DNA of 49,727 bases, the filler included, from Actinomycetota bacterium (lineage in GTDB: Bacteria > Actinomycetota > CADDZG01 > JAHWKV01 > JAOPZY01), in the NCBI GenBank assembly GCA_025963875.1. It is 3 parts of 3 records of this genome, joined end to end, with 100 filler letters (N's around TTAATTAATTAA, not from the genome) between each part and the next. Parts side by side here need not be neighbours in the genome. Positions count along the whole stretch, not along the records: positions 1 to 28,688 come from JAOPZY010000052.1; 2 more parts are not named here. One strand, written 5' to 3'. How positions within the stretch are numbered: the stretch's first letter is position 1; each line of letters begins with the position of its first letter. The translations under genes and the position numbers were made by a program. Below the pieces are notes generated by a model. That model was given only the letters and a program-made list of their open reading frames with translations, did not search any database and was not told the DNA's origin. Below, one piece after another: positions 16,978-26,322 of the stretch.

Positions 16978-17952
16978 ATGAAGCTCTCGGAGGTGGGGGA
17001 GTTCGGGCTGATCGACCGCCTGGGTGCCCTCCTCGGCGAGCCCCCCGAGGGGGAGACCTGGATCGGTGACGACGCCGCCGTCCTTCGCGCGCCCGGTGGG
17101 ACCATCCTGTTCACCGCCGACCTCCTCGTCGAAGGTGTGCACTTCGACCTCGCCTGGACCTCTCCCCAGGACCTCGGCTACAAGGCGGTGGCCGTCAACT
17201 GCAGCGACGTCGCCGCCATGGGCGGCACACCCCGGCGCGCGTTGGTGTCCCTCGGGGTGCGCCAGGGGATCGAGCTGGCCTTCCTGGAGGACCTCTATGC
17301 CGGGATGCGGGAGTGCAGCGACGCCTTCGGCATGGCGGTGGTCGGGGGCGACGTCTCGCGCTGCGACCAGCTCGTCGTCTCGGTGGCTCTCCTCGGCAAT
17401 CCGGCGGGGCGCCGGGTCATCGAGCGCCGCGGCGCCCGCCCGGGCGATGCGATCTGCGTCACCGGCACCCTCGGCGGCGCGGCCGCTGGCTTGCGCCTGC
17501 TGAAGGCCGGCCAACCGGTGCCTCCGGCCCTCCGTGCCGCACACCTCCGGCCCGTGCCCCGGGTGCGGGAAGTCGAGGTCCTCCGGCGCTTCCTGCCCAA
17601 CGCCATGATCGACGTGTCCGACGGCTTCGCCGCCGACCTCGGCCACATCTGCGACGCCTCGGGCGTGGGGGCGACGGTGGACGCCGGGCGCCTCCCGCTG
17701 ATCGACGCGGCGGGGCTGCCTGCCGGCCTGGACCCCCTCGAACTGGCGCTCGGCGGCGGCGAGGACTACGAACTCTGCTTCACCATCGTTGCAGAGCGGG
17801 CGGAGAAGGCGGCGTCCGAGGTCGAGGCCCGGACCGGTACCCGGGTGCACCTCGTGGGGGAGGTGACGGAGGAGGCCGCCGGCAGGGTGCTGGTCGTCGA
17901 CGGCGTCGCGCAGCCGCTCCCCGGAGCGGGATGGGACCACCTGAGGCCCTGA
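16978..17952 (+). CDS. thiL: Thiamine-monophosphate kinase
   Basis: GEFGLI, IGDDAA, EGVHF, NCSDVAAMG, GGD, IDVSDG, GGEDYEL. Confidence 0.96.
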   Translation: MKLSEVGEFGLIDRLGALLGEPPEGETWIGDDAAVLRAPGGTILFTADLLVEGVHFDLAWTSPQDLGYKAVAVNCSDVAAMGGTPRRALVSLGVRQGIELAFLEDLYAGMRECSDAFGMAVVGGDVSRCDQLVVSVALLGNPAGRRVIERRGARPGDAICVTGTLGGAAAGLRLLKAGQPVPPALRAAHLRPVPRVREVEVLRRFLPNAMIDVSDGFAADLGHICDASGVGATVDAGRLPLIDAAGLPAGLDPLELALGGGEDYELCFTIVAERAEKAASEVEARTGTRVHLVGEVTEEAAGRVLVVDGVAQPLPGAGWDHLRP

Positions 17953-17955
17953 CCC

Positions 17956-18017
17956 CCCCGAGGCGCCCCTCAAGGCGCCGGATGGGCGGAGACTGGCGCC
18001 CCTCAAGGCCCCGGATG
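17956..18017 (+). repeat. Tandem pair (33-nt period) of a short dispersed repeat GGCGCCCCTCAAGGCSCCGGATG
   Basis: 17962-17984 and 17995-18017 are 22/23 identical; related copies at 8743-8764 (+) and 12399-12424 (-). Confidence 0.75.
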
Positions 18018-18821
18018 CGAGGAGCCCGACCGGTGGCGCTGACGATCGCCGGGTCGGACTCCGGCGGGGGAGCGGGCATCCAGGCGGACCTGGCGTGCTT
18101 CCTTGCGCTCGGCGTCCACGGGGTGAGCGCCCTCACCGCCGTGACGTCCCAGAACACCCACGGCATCTCGGGCGTCGAGGAGGTGGCGGCGGCCTTCGTG
18201 GGCGAGCAGATCCGCCACCTCTGCGCCGACTTGCCGATCGCAGCCGCCAAGACGGGCATGCTCGCCTCGGCGGCGACGATCCGGGAGGTGGCGGCGGCGG
18301 TGACGTCCTGCGGCCTCCACGCCCTCGTCGTCGACCCCGTGCTGGTCTCCACGAGCGGCACCCGGCTCCTTGCTCACGACGCCGAGGCGGCACTCGTCGC
18401 CGAGCTGTTCCCGCTGGCGCTGCTGGTCACGCCCAACCTCGACGAGGCGGCTGCGCTGGCAGGTCGTGAGGTCCGCGACCTCGGTCAGGTGCGAGAGGCC
18501 GCCCGGATCCTCCACCGGCGGGGACCCGACTGGGTCCTCGTCAAAGGCGGCCACCTCGAGGCGAAGCCCGTGGATGTCCTCTACGACGGCACGTCGTTCC
18601 TCGAGTTCGACGCCGAGCGTGTTGGTCCCGCCGGGGGGCCACCGGTGCACGGGACGGGATGCGTCCTCTCGGCCGCCATCACGGCCCACCTTGCCCGGGG
18701 AGCGCCGGTGCCGGACGCCGTCCGGATGGCAAAGGACCACGTCACCGGCGCCATCCGCCATGCCCGGCAGATCGGGGCCGGAGTGTGCGCCGACCCGGCC
18801 TGGAATCTCTACCGGCGGTAG
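18015..18821 (+). CDS. thiD: Hydroxymethylpyrimidine/phosphomethylpyrimidine kinase
   Basis: LTIAGSDSGGGAGIQADL, KTGML, VVDPV, TPNLDEA, VKGGH, HGTGC. Confidence 0.95.
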   Translation: MRGARPVALTIAGSDSGGGAGIQADLACFLALGVHGVSALTAVTSQNTHGISGVEEVAAAFVGEQIRHLCADLPIAAAKTGMLASAATIREVAAAVTSCGLHALVVDPVLVSTSGTRLLAHDAEAALVAELFPLALLVTPNLDEAAALAGREVRDLGQVREAARILHRRGPDWVLVKGGHLEAKPVDVLYDGTSFLEFDAERVGPAGGPPVHGTGCVLSAAITAHLARGAPVPDAVRMAKDHVTGAIRHARQIGAGVCADPAWNLYRR

Positions 18822-19387
18822 CTTTCGCGGCGGTAGTAGAAGACCCCGTCGCGGGGCCACTCGGCCCGCAGGGCCCGGATCGAGACGGAGGGTGGGGGCA
18901 CCGCCATCCAGAGGGGCCAACGGGAATGGCCCGCGCCGAGAAGCCAGACCGACAGGGTCCGGAGGCCCATCCAGGCCCCCAGGCCCCCGAGCAGGCCGGC
19001 CGCGACCGCCGCCATCGCCCCCATGGCCCCGGCGACGTTGTGTACGGCTAGGCCGATGGCGAAGTTGACGGCGCTGCCCACGATCGCCGCCGGGACGAAG
19101 AACCACAGCAGCAGGGCCACCGGCCACGCGAGCGGGCCGAGCGAGGTGCGGCTCTCGTACGCGGCGTCGTCCGGGGCCGGTTCGTACCGGGGCGTGTGGC
19201 CGGGGGGCCGGCGCCGCAGTTCCTCGAGCAGCGACAGGGCGGGGATGCCGAGGAACGTCCACGTGAACCCCGCCACCGCGAGGCGGCTCCGGGCCATGAC
19301 CTTGTGGAACAGCAGGAACACCAGCGCTGCGAGGACGGCGAAAAAGGCAGCGCGCACCCACCCACTCGACACGGCTCGCAGCTTCAC
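18809..19387 (-). CDS. Hypothetical four-TM membrane protein
   Basis: Four hydrophobic segments; TAAGGT 6 nt before GTG 19387; no family recognised. Confidence 0.6.
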   Translation of the reverse strand: MKLRAVSSGWVRAAFFAVLAALVFLLFHKVMARSRLAVAGFTWTFLGIPALSLLEELRRRPPGHTPRYEPAPDDAAYESRTSLGPLAWPVALLLWFFVPAAIVGSAVNFAIGLAVHNVAGAMGAMAAVAAGLLGGLGAWMGLRTLSVWLLGAGHSRWPLWMAVPPPSVSIRALRAEWPRDGVFYYRRESYRR

Positions 19388-19445
19388 AAACAAACCTTAT
19401 CGGGCCGGTTCTGGCTCCGGCGCACCGCCCTGGGCGGCTGCCGGG

Positions 19446-19883
19446 TCAGCCTGTCGCCAGAGTCGCGTCGAGGGAAATGTCGACGTTGCCCGCAAGCGCC
19501 TTCGAGACGGGGCACCCGTCCTTGGCGGCGGCCGCCAGCTTGTCGAAGGTGTCGGGAGGGCATCCGGGGACGACGCCCCGCACCGACAGGTGCATGGACG
19601 TAATGCCCCAACCCCCTTCCTGCCGCTCGAACGAGCACTCGGCGGAGGCCTCCAGGCGAACGGGGGGGAAGCCCGCTTCCCCGAGCTCGTGGGAGAACGC
19701 CATGCAGTAGCAGGCGGCATGGGCTGCTGCGATCAACTCCTCAGGGCTGGTCTTGCCGCCGGCCTCGACCGTGCGCGAGGCCCACGACACGGGAAGGTCG
19801 CCCCCCACCCCGCTGGCCAGGCGGGCCACGCCGCTGCCGTCGCCAAGGCCGCCGTTCCAGGTCGCTGCAGCTCTGCTCTTCAT
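19446..19883 (-). CDS. osmC: OsmC family peroxiredoxin
   Basis: AAATWNG.L.DGSG, TSPEELIAAAHAACYCM, AKDGCPVSKAL; AAGGAG RBS. Confidence 0.93.
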   Translation of the reverse strand: MKSRAAATWNGGLGDGSGVARLASGVGGDLPVSWASRTVEAGGKTSPEELIAAAHAACYCMAFSHELGEAGFPPVRLEASAECSFERQEGGWGITSMHLSVRGVVPGCPPDTFDKLAAAAKDGCPVSKALAGNVDISLDATLATG

Positions 19884-19947
19884 TCCCCGCTCCTTTTCTC
19901 GAAATCGCCTGATGCACCCTATCGCTGGTCGGGTAGTCTTTCGGGCC

Positions 19948-20451
19948 GTGGACCACGTCGTCATCCGCAAGCTCGAGCACCTGACTGGTTCCTCCGGCGC
20001 ACCGGCGGTGAGTTTCGCCGTCGAAACCAGGGACCGGCCGGGGCCCGCGCACAAGGGCGGCGCCTTCGAAGGCGACGTCGTCTACACCCAGCTCCACGGC
20101 GGTCTCATCGTCGCCAGGGCAAAGGTCAGGATCGGCTACGTGATGGAGTACTCCAACATCCAGGAGGTCCGCGCGCGCACGAGGGGATCGGCGCTCCACG
20201 GCGTCGCTGACTTCTGGAAGGGACGCCCCCGGTACGGCTTCGCAGCGGTCGCCGCGCTCACCGAGGAGACGTGGGTCCAGCCCCCCTACTGGGGCGGACC
20301 GCGGACCTACGGCTACGAATGGGTGTTGCTGGACGACGACAAGAAGCGGGCCACGTGGCTCGACAAGCGCGAGCCGCCGCGCGGCGATGCCGCGGACCTG
20401 CCGACGAAGTTCCGGCGCTGGCTGGCTGCGACGACGACTGCGAAGGCTTGA
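19948..20451 (+). CDS. Hypothetical protein, probable ASCH/PUA-like fold
   Basis: DHVVIRK...ETR..P.P....GDVVY....GG.IVA.A.V pattern resembles ASCH domains; GC3-biased codons; start may be 19912. Confidence 0.6.
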   Translation: MDHVVIRKLEHLTGSSGAPAVSFAVETRDRPGPAHKGGAFEGDVVYTQLHGGLIVARAKVRIGYVMEYSNIQEVRARTRGSALHGVADFWKGRPRYGFAAVAALTEETWVQPPYWGGPRTYGYEWVLLDDDKKRATWLDKREPPRGDAADLPTKFRRWLAATTTAKA

Positions 20452-20459
20452 GGGCGGGC

Positions 20460-20651
20460 CTAGACGGCCTTCGCCACCTTGCCGGCCTTGATACAGGAGG
20501 CGCAGACGTGCATCCGCTTGCGGTTGCCGCTCACGAGGGTGTGGACCGTCTGGATGTTCGGGTCCCACCGGCGGTTCGTCCGGCGGTGCGAGTGGCTGAG
20601 CTGCTTGGAGAAGTACGGCTTCTTCCCGCAGATTTCACAGGTGGCTGACAT
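20460..20651 (-). CDS. rpmB: 50S ribosomal protein L28 (Zn-ribbon, C+ form)
   Basis: [12 protein letters not shown]...[16 protein letters not shown]...[12 protein letters not shown]-terminal part of ORF 20460..22523. Confidence 0.97.
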   Translation of the reverse strand: MSATCEICGKKPYFSKQLSHSHRRTNRRWDPNIQTVHTLVSGNRKRMHVCASCIKAGKVAKAV

Positions 20652-20717
20652 GGAAATGATGGTACCAGTTCCGCCTGGGTGCACTGAAACGAGTGCCCGA
20701 CACCGCAGAATGGGACC

Positions 20718-22901
20718 GTGAGCGACAACGGCCCCCTCCTCCTGTACGCCCCGCCCCGCGAGCAGGTGCCGGTGACCCAGGTCAAAGGTGTGAGCTCGAA
20801 GCAGGCGGCGCTGCTGGCGGACTCCCGGTTCGGCATCCGCACCGTCCAGGACCTGGTCCAGCACTACCCCCGCCGCCACCTCGACTTCTCGGAGACCAAG
20901 GCGATCCGGGAGGTGGGAGTCGGCGACGAGGTCACGATCATCGGCGCGGTCCGCAAGGTCCAGGCCCCGCCCCCGCAGCGCCGGAAGGCTCCGCTCAAGG
21001 TCATCCTCTCCGACGGCACGTCGAGCCTGACCCTCGTGTTCTTCAACCAGCCCTGGCGGGCCCGCCAGCTCCCCGTGGGCACGCGGATCGCTGCCAAGGG
21101 CAAGATCACGAGCTTCCGCGGGCTCCGCCAGATGAACGCCCCCATGGTGGACGTCATCAGCGAGGCCAACGAGGTGGTGAAGATCGTGCCGCAGTACCCG
21201 GCCACCGCCGACATCTCCACCGTGTGGCTGCGCCGGATCATCCGGGCCGCCCTGGACGAGTACCGGCCGGTCGCCGACCCCCTCCCGCCCGAGGTACGGC
21301 GCCGGCACCGCCTGATGGGACGGACCGAGGCACTCTCGGGCTACCACTTCCCGGGGCAGATGACCGAGCGGGACGAGGCCCGCCGCCGCCTGGTCTTCGA
21401 CGAGCTGTTCACCCTCCAGACGGGCCTCGCTTTCCACAAGCGCCGCCTGGAGCGCCAGGAGGTGGGCATCGCCCACCAGGTGAACAGGGACCTGGCCAAA
21501 CCGTTCCTCGACTCGCTTCCCTTCCGCTTGACCGATGCGCAGCGCAGGGCGGTGGCCGAGATCGAGCAGGACCTGGCGAAGGCCCTGCCGATGCACCGCC
21601 TCCTCCAGGGTGAGGTCGGCTCGGGCAAGACGGTGTTGGCACTGTATGCGGCCCTCGTGGCTGCCCAGGGCGGGTACCAGGCGGCCATCCTGGCCCCGAC
21701 CGAGGTCCTGGCCGGCCAGCATTTCCTCACCATCGCCTCCCTCCTGGCGCCCCTGAGCGGCACCGGCGACGGGCAGGCGTCCGGGCCCGGCCAGTTGGAC
21801 CTCTTCGGTGCGTCCGGGGGGCCGGGCGTCGTGCTGCTCACCGGCAGCCTCCCGGCCGCACGGCGCCGGACGGCGCTGGCCCGGATCGCCGACGGCTCGG
21901 CGGGCATCGTCGTCGGCACCCACGCCCTCCTGGAGGAAGGGGTCAGCTTCCACAACCTCGGGCTGGCGGTCATCGACGAGCAGCACCGCTTCGGCGTCCA
22001 TCAGCGCATGGTGCTGCGGGACAAGCGGGCCCAGGACGGCGTCACGCCGGACGTGCTGATCATGACGGCCACGCCCATCCCCAGGACGCTGGCCCTCACG
22101 ATCTACGGCGACCTCGACGTGAGCACGCTCAACGAGCTGCCCAAGGGCAGGCGCCCCGTCACCACGCGGGTGCTGGACGAGGACGGGAGGGCCGAGGCCT
22201 ACGACCTCGTGCGGAGCGAGGTGGCCGCCGGCCGGCAGGCCTACGTGATCACGCCGCTGGTCTCGGAGTCGGACAAGCTGGAGGTGAAGTCGGCGGTGGC
22301 CGAGGCGGAGCGCCTGGCGACCAAGGTGTTTCCGGACCTGCGCGTCGACCTCCTCCACGGCCAGATGCGCCCGGCGGCCAAGGAGTCGGTGATGCAGCGG
22401 TTCCGCTCGGGCGAGGTCGACGTGCTCATCTCCACGACCGTCGTCGAGGTCGGGGTGGACGTGCCCAACGCTACCGTGATGCTCATCGAGGACGCCGACC
22501 GCTTCGGCCTGTCCCAGCTCCACCAGCTCCGGGGCCGTATCGGCCGGGGCGGCTACCCGAGCACGTGCCTGCTGCTGTCGGGCGTCATGGAGCAGCCCGA
22601 GGAGGAGCGCAAGAAGGCCCGGGCGCGGCTCGAGGCCGTGGCCGCTACGAACGACGGCTTCGAGCTGGCCGAGGAGGACCTGAAGATCCGGGGCTCGGGC
22701 ACGATCATGGACGAGCGCCAGGCCGGCTACTCGGACCTCAAGCTGACCAACCTCCTCAGGGACAAGGAGATCCTGGGCCAGGCCCGGGCCGAGGCGTTCA
22801 AGTTGATCGACATCGACCCCGACCTGCGAGCCAACCCGCAGGTGCGCCTGGAGATGGAGGGCCGCTTCGCCGACCGCCTGGAGTGGCTGTTCCAGTCGTA
22901 A
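20718..22901 (+). CDS. recG: ATP-dependent DNA helicase RecG
   Basis: OB wedge domain, [55 protein letters not shown]. Confidence 0.97.
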   Translation: MSDNGPLLLYAPPREQVPVTQVKGVSSKQAALLADSRFGIRTVQDLVQHYPRRHLDFSETKAIREVGVGDEVTIIGAVRKVQAPPPQRRKAPLKVILSDGTSSLTLVFFNQPWRARQLPVGTRIAAKGKITSFRGLRQMNAPMVDVISEANEVVKIVPQYPATADISTVWLRRIIRAALDEYRPVADPLPPEVRRRHRLMGRTEALSGYHFPGQMTERDEARRRLVFDELFTLQTGLAFHKRRLERQEVGIAHQVNRDLAKPFLDSLPFRLTDAQRRAVAEIEQDLAKALPMHRLLQGEVGSGKTVLALYAALVAAQGGYQAAILAPTEVLAGQHFLTIASLLAPLSGTGDGQASGPGQLDLFGASGGPGVVLLTGSLPAARRRTALARIADGSAGIVVGTHALLEEGVSFHNLGLAVIDEQHRFGVHQRMVLRDKRAQDGVTPDVLIMTATPIPRTLALTIYGDLDVSTLNELPKGRRPVTTRVLDEDGRAEAYDLVRSEVAAGRQAYVITPLVSESDKLEVKSAVAEAERLATKVFPDLRVDLLHGQMRPAAKESVMQRFRSGEVDVLISTTVVEVGVDVPNATVMLIEDADRFGLSQLHQLRGRIGRGGYPSTCLLLSGVMEQPEEERKKARARLEAVAATNDGFELAEEDLKIRGSGTIMDERQAGYSDLKLTNLLRDKEILGQARAEAFKLIDIDPDLRANPQVRLEMEGRFADRLEWLFQS

Positions 22902-22921
22902 CTCCGTATGGCGGAGCGGGA

Positions 22922-23126
22922 AGGTGCGGGAAAAATCGTTGCTATGACGCGTATTTCTTCCGGACCTTCGCGCCGCCGGAGTTGAAGCAGAAGGTTATGA
23001 GTACAGCGCGCGCATGCAAGCGCTGGGACCCCAAGTTCGGGCCGGGGGCCGACGGTCGCCGAGCCCGAATGCCCGGAGGTTTCGTAAGTTTTGGTTGCCT
23101 GAGAGCAAATTGTGACGAAACTTCGC
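22922..23126 (-). repeat. Cluster of three 49-50-bp palindromic units between recG and rsmD
   Basis: Units at 22922-22971, 22992-23040 and 23077-23126, each CGAA(G/C)...ACCT on the minus strand; the middle one aligns ungapped to copy 1. Confidence 0.78.
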
Positions 23127-23181
23127 GCCCTCGACGTGCGGGCCGTCAGAGGGGCGGCCGTCCGACTCGTACACTGCCGGT

Positions 23182-23745
23182 ATGCGAGTCATCGCAGGCG
23201 AGGCCAAGGGGAGGCGGCTGACGGGCATCCGCAGCGCCGCCATCCGCCCCACGTCCGACCGCGTCCGGGAGGCGCTGTTCTCGGCCCTCGGCGACGCCGT
23301 GCCCGAGGCCCGCGTGCTCGACCTGTACGCCGGGTCGGGGGCGCTCGGGATCGAGGCCCTGTCGAGGGGCGCCGCCCGTGCCGTGTTCGTCGACTCGGAC
23401 CGGGAGGCGGTCGATGCCATCCGTGCGAACCTGACCCTCACCAGGATGGACGACCGGGCCACGGTCGTGCGGTCGCCGGTGGGCAGCTTCCTGGCTGCCG
23501 GCCGGCACGGCCCGTTCGACCTCGTCTTCATCGACCCCCCCTACGTGCAGGGTGCTCCCGTCGGGGACCTGCAGGCCCTCGTTGCCGGCGGCCTGCTCGC
23601 GGTCGGGGCGGGGGTGGTGCTGGAGGCGAGGGGCCCGGACGCGCCTCCGCCCGTCGAGGGGCTGGAGCTGGTCTCCCTCCGGCGCTACGGCGACACCACG
23701 CTGGCCTTCCTCCGGCCGCCCGGCGACCAAGCCGGGGAGCAGTAG
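23182..23745 (+). CDS. rsmD: 16S rRNA m2G966 methyltransferase
   Basis: MRVIAGEAKGRRL, RPTSDRVREALF, LDLYAGSGALGIEALSRGA, DPPY. Confidence 0.96.
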   Translation: MRVIAGEAKGRRLTGIRSAAIRPTSDRVREALFSALGDAVPEARVLDLYAGSGALGIEALSRGAARAVFVDSDREAVDAIRANLTLTRMDDRATVVRSPVGSFLAAGRHGPFDLVFIDPPYVQGAPVGDLQALVAGGLLAVGAGVVLEARGPDAPPPVEGLELVSLRRYGDTTLAFLRPPGDQAGEQ

Positions 23746-24240
23746 GTGGCCCTCGCCCTCTGCCCGGGGTCCTTCGACCCGCCCACCAACGGCCACATCG
23801 ACATCGTCGAGCGGGCCGCCCGGCACTTCGACCGGGTGATCGTTGCCGTCCTGCGGAATCCGGACAAGAAGCCCCTGCTGGAGGTCGAGGAGCGGGTGAA
23901 GCTGCTCGACGATGCCCTCGGCCACCTGCCGGGCGTGGAGGTCGACAGCTTCGAGGGCCTGCTGGTGGACCTCGCCAAAGAACGCGGCGCGGATGTGATC
24001 GTCAAGGGATTGCGCTCGACTTCCGACATGGGCTATGAGCTTCAGATGGCCCACATCAACGCAGCCCTGGCACCGGGGACCGATACGGTCTTCATCGCCG
24101 CCAGCCCGGAATGGACCTTCGTGTCCTCCAGCATGGTGAAGCAAGTGGCATCCTACGGGGGCGACGTGAGCCCGTTCGTCCCGGCGTCGGTGGCCGAGGC
24201 TCTTGCCAGGCACTTCACATCCAGCGAAGGTAGGGTCTAG
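23746..24240 (+). CDS. coaD: Pantetheine-phosphate adenylyltransferase
   Basis: PGSFDPPTNGH, KGLR, YELQMA, SSSMVK. Confidence 0.96.
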   Translation: MALALCPGSFDPPTNGHIDIVERAARHFDRVIVAVLRNPDKKPLLEVEERVKLLDDALGHLPGVEVDSFEGLLVDLAKERGADVIVKGLRSTSDMGYELQMAHINAALAPGTDTVFIAASPEWTFVSSSMVKQVASYGGDVSPFVPASVAEALARHFTSSEGRV

Positions 24241-24250
24241 ATCCGTGGAT

Positions 24251-24760
24251 ATGGCTGAGGAGCTGGCGGCCGTGATCGATGAGCTCCGGGCGGCGAAGCC
24301 CGTCCCGTTCTCGACGTCGGCAATGGTCAACCGCAAGGACCTCATCGAGCGCCTGGAAGAGGTCCGCGACAACATCCCCCTCGAGATCAAGCGTGCCGCA
24401 GGCGTTGTCGCCGACCGCCAGGACGTCCTCGCCCAGAGCCGGGAGGAGGCCGAGGCCATCCTCCGGGCGGCCCGGATCGAGCGCGACGAGCTCCTCGCCC
24501 GCACCGAGATCGTGAGAGCCGCCGGCTACGAGGCGGACCGGATCATCGAGGAAGCCAAGGTGCGTGCCCGGGAGATCCGGATGGAGGCCGAGGACTACGT
24601 CGACGCCAAGCTCGCCAACTTCGAGATCGTGCTCCAAAAGATCCTCGCGGCGGTCGCCAGAGGCCGGGAGTCGCTCCGGGGCAGGCTCGAGAGGGCCGCG
24701 GAGCCCTCCGGTGTCAACGACGCCGATACCACCCAGCGGATCCGCGTCCGTCGCAAGTAG
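24251..24760 (+). CDS. Coiled-coil protein, SepIVA-like (DivIVA-related)
   Basis: AKPVPFS...EAE.I...A heptads, DYVDAKLANFE; conserved position between coaD and yceD. Confidence 0.75.
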   Translation: MAEELAAVIDELRAAKPVPFSTSAMVNRKDLIERLEEVRDNIPLEIKRAAGVVADRQDVLAQSREEAEAILRAARIERDELLARTEIVRAAGYEADRIIEEAKVRAREIRMEAEDYVDAKLANFEIVLQKILAAVARGRESLRGRLERAAEPSGVNDADTTQRIRVRRK

Positions 24761-24860
24761 GGGTGCTCGTTCCCGTGTGAAAACGGGGGATGCGCACCCC
24801 TCGTCGGGTACAGAAGGCGTAACGGGGACGCCTGCTATCATTGCCTGGAGGTTGATGGTC

Positions 24861-25379
24861 ATGTCTGGGCTTGTTTTCGATGTAACGCAGCTGGTCGCGC
24901 GCCCTGGCGCGACCCTGCGCATCCAGCGGTCGGTCACGGTGCCCGGACTGAGCGGGCCCTTGGGGTCGATCGGGGAGAATGAGCCCGTCCAGATCGACTT
25001 GGCGGCCGACAGCGTGACCGAGGGAGTCGCCGTCACTGGTACCGTGTCGGGGACGATGCACCTGTCCTGCTCGCGGTGTCTGATCGGCTACGATCGCAGC
25101 TTCACGCAGCGCTTGGACGAGACGTACTACTTCGGAGGAGCCGAGGACCACGATGGCTATGACCTGGTCGATAACCACATCGACCTCGAGCCCATGCTCC
25201 GCGACGTGATCATGCTCGCCTTCCCGTTGCGACCGCTGCACGACGAGAACTGCCGTGGGCTGTGTGCCACCTGTGGGGCCGATCTCAACGGTGCCGACTG
25301 CGGCCACACCCAGGAACCCGAGGATCTGCGCTGGGCGCCACTGCGAACCGCGCTCACGAAGCTGGAGAGGAGTTCGTAG
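24861..25379 (+). CDS. yceD: DUF177/YceD family protein
   Basis: CSRCL, IDLEPMLRD, CRGLCATCG.DLN...C, DLRWAPL; GGAGG RBS. Confidence 0.92.
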   Translation: MSGLVFDVTQLVARPGATLRIQRSVTVPGLSGPLGSIGENEPVQIDLAADSVTEGVAVTGTVSGTMHLSCSRCLIGYDRSFTQRLDETYYFGGAEDHDGYDLVDNHIDLEPMLRDVIMLAFPLRPLHDENCRGLCATCGADLNGADCGHTQEPEDLRWAPLRTALTKLERSS

Positions 25380-25556
25380 ATGCCGCTGCCCAAGCGAAAG
25401 AAGTCCCGATCCACCACCCGCCACCGCAGGGCCACCTGGAAGCTCGCCGTCCCGGGCAAGTCCATCTGCCCCCAGTGCCACGCGCCCAAGATGCCTCACC
25501 GGGTCTGCGGGAAGTGCGGCTACTACGCGGGCCGTGAGGTCGTTGAGATCGAATAG
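25380..25556 (+). CDS. rpmF: 50S ribosomal protein L32 (58 aa, absent from the ORF track)
   Basis: Manual translation MPLPKRKKSRSTTRHRRATWKLAVPGKSICPQCHAPKMPHRVCGKCGYYAGREVVEIE; GAGGAG RBS. Confidence 0.97.
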   Translation: MPLPKRKKSRSTTRHRRATWKLAVPGKSICPQCHAPKMPHRVCGKCGYYAGREVVEIE

Positions 25557-25557
25557 C

Positions 25558-26322
25558 TTGGATGCCCTGGATCCAGGGGAGGATGACCGTCCGCGCGACG
25601 CTGCGGGCGGTGGTCAATTGGAGGAGGGGCTGCACATCCTCTTCCACGAACCTGATCTGCTCCGCGACTCGCTGACCCACCGGTCGTACGCCTTCGAACA
25701 CGGCGGCGTCACGAACAACGAGCGGCTCGAGTTCCTCGGCGACGCCGTGCTCGGGCTGGTCGTCACCGACATGATCTTCCTGCAGTTCCCGCACCTGCCC
25801 GAGGGCGAGATGGCCAAGCTGCGGGCTGCGACCGTCAACATGGGGGTGCTCGCCGACGTCGCCCGTGAGCTCGGCCTGGGGCCCCACCTCAACCTGGGCC
25901 GGGGTGAGGAGCTGTCGGGGGGCCGGGAGAAGTCGTCGATCCTGGCCGACGCCCTCGAAGCGCTCATCGGCGCCATCTACCTCGACCAGGGGATGGAGGC
26001 CACCCGCCGGGTCATCGCCCAGCTGTTCGCCGAGTACATCCGCAACCACGTCGAGCAGGGCCTCGTCCGGGACTTCAAGACCAATCTCCAGGAACGGTCG
26101 GCCCGCCGGTGGGGCAACGTCCCGGAGTACCGCATCACATCGACCGGCCCCGACCACGCCAAGCGCTTCGAGGCCAAGGTGTACCTCGCCGGCGAGCTGC
26201 TCGGTGAGGGCAACGGGCGCTCCAAGAAGGAGGCGGAGCAGGAAGCCGCCCGGGAGGCGCTGGCCGAGATCCAGTCCCGGGAGGCCGGCCAGGGTGCCCA
26301 CGAAGGAGCGAGCGGGGCCTGA
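25558..26322 (+). CDS. rnc: Ribonuclease III
   Basis: LTHRS, NERLEFLGDAVL, LADALEALIGAIYLD, dsRBD GPDH..SKKEAEQ; start uncertain (TTG 25558 or 25618). Confidence 0.96.
   Translation: MDALDPGEDDRPRDAAGGGQLEEGLHILFHEPDLLRDSLTHRSYAFEHGGVTNNERLEFLGDAVLGLVVTDMIFLQFPHLPEGEMAKLRAATVNMGVLADVARELGLGPHLNLGRGEELSGGREKSSILADALEALIGAIYLDQGMEATRRVIAQLFAEYIRNHVEQGLVRDFKTNLQERSARRWGNVPEYRITSTGPDHAKRFEAKVYLAGELLGEGNGRSKKEAEQEAAREALAEIQSREAGQGAHEGASGA

Noticed and set aside
16944..18014. TPP riboswitch ahead of thiL or thiD
   Set aside because: No CTGAGA...ACCTG core found, and the intergenic spaces are too short.
22922..23126. Repeat-spacer-repeat pattern as a CRISPR array
   Set aside because: Units are ~50 bp and too divergent from one another, spacers are unequal (20 and 36 nt), copies are dispersed singly elsewhere, and no cas genes are present.
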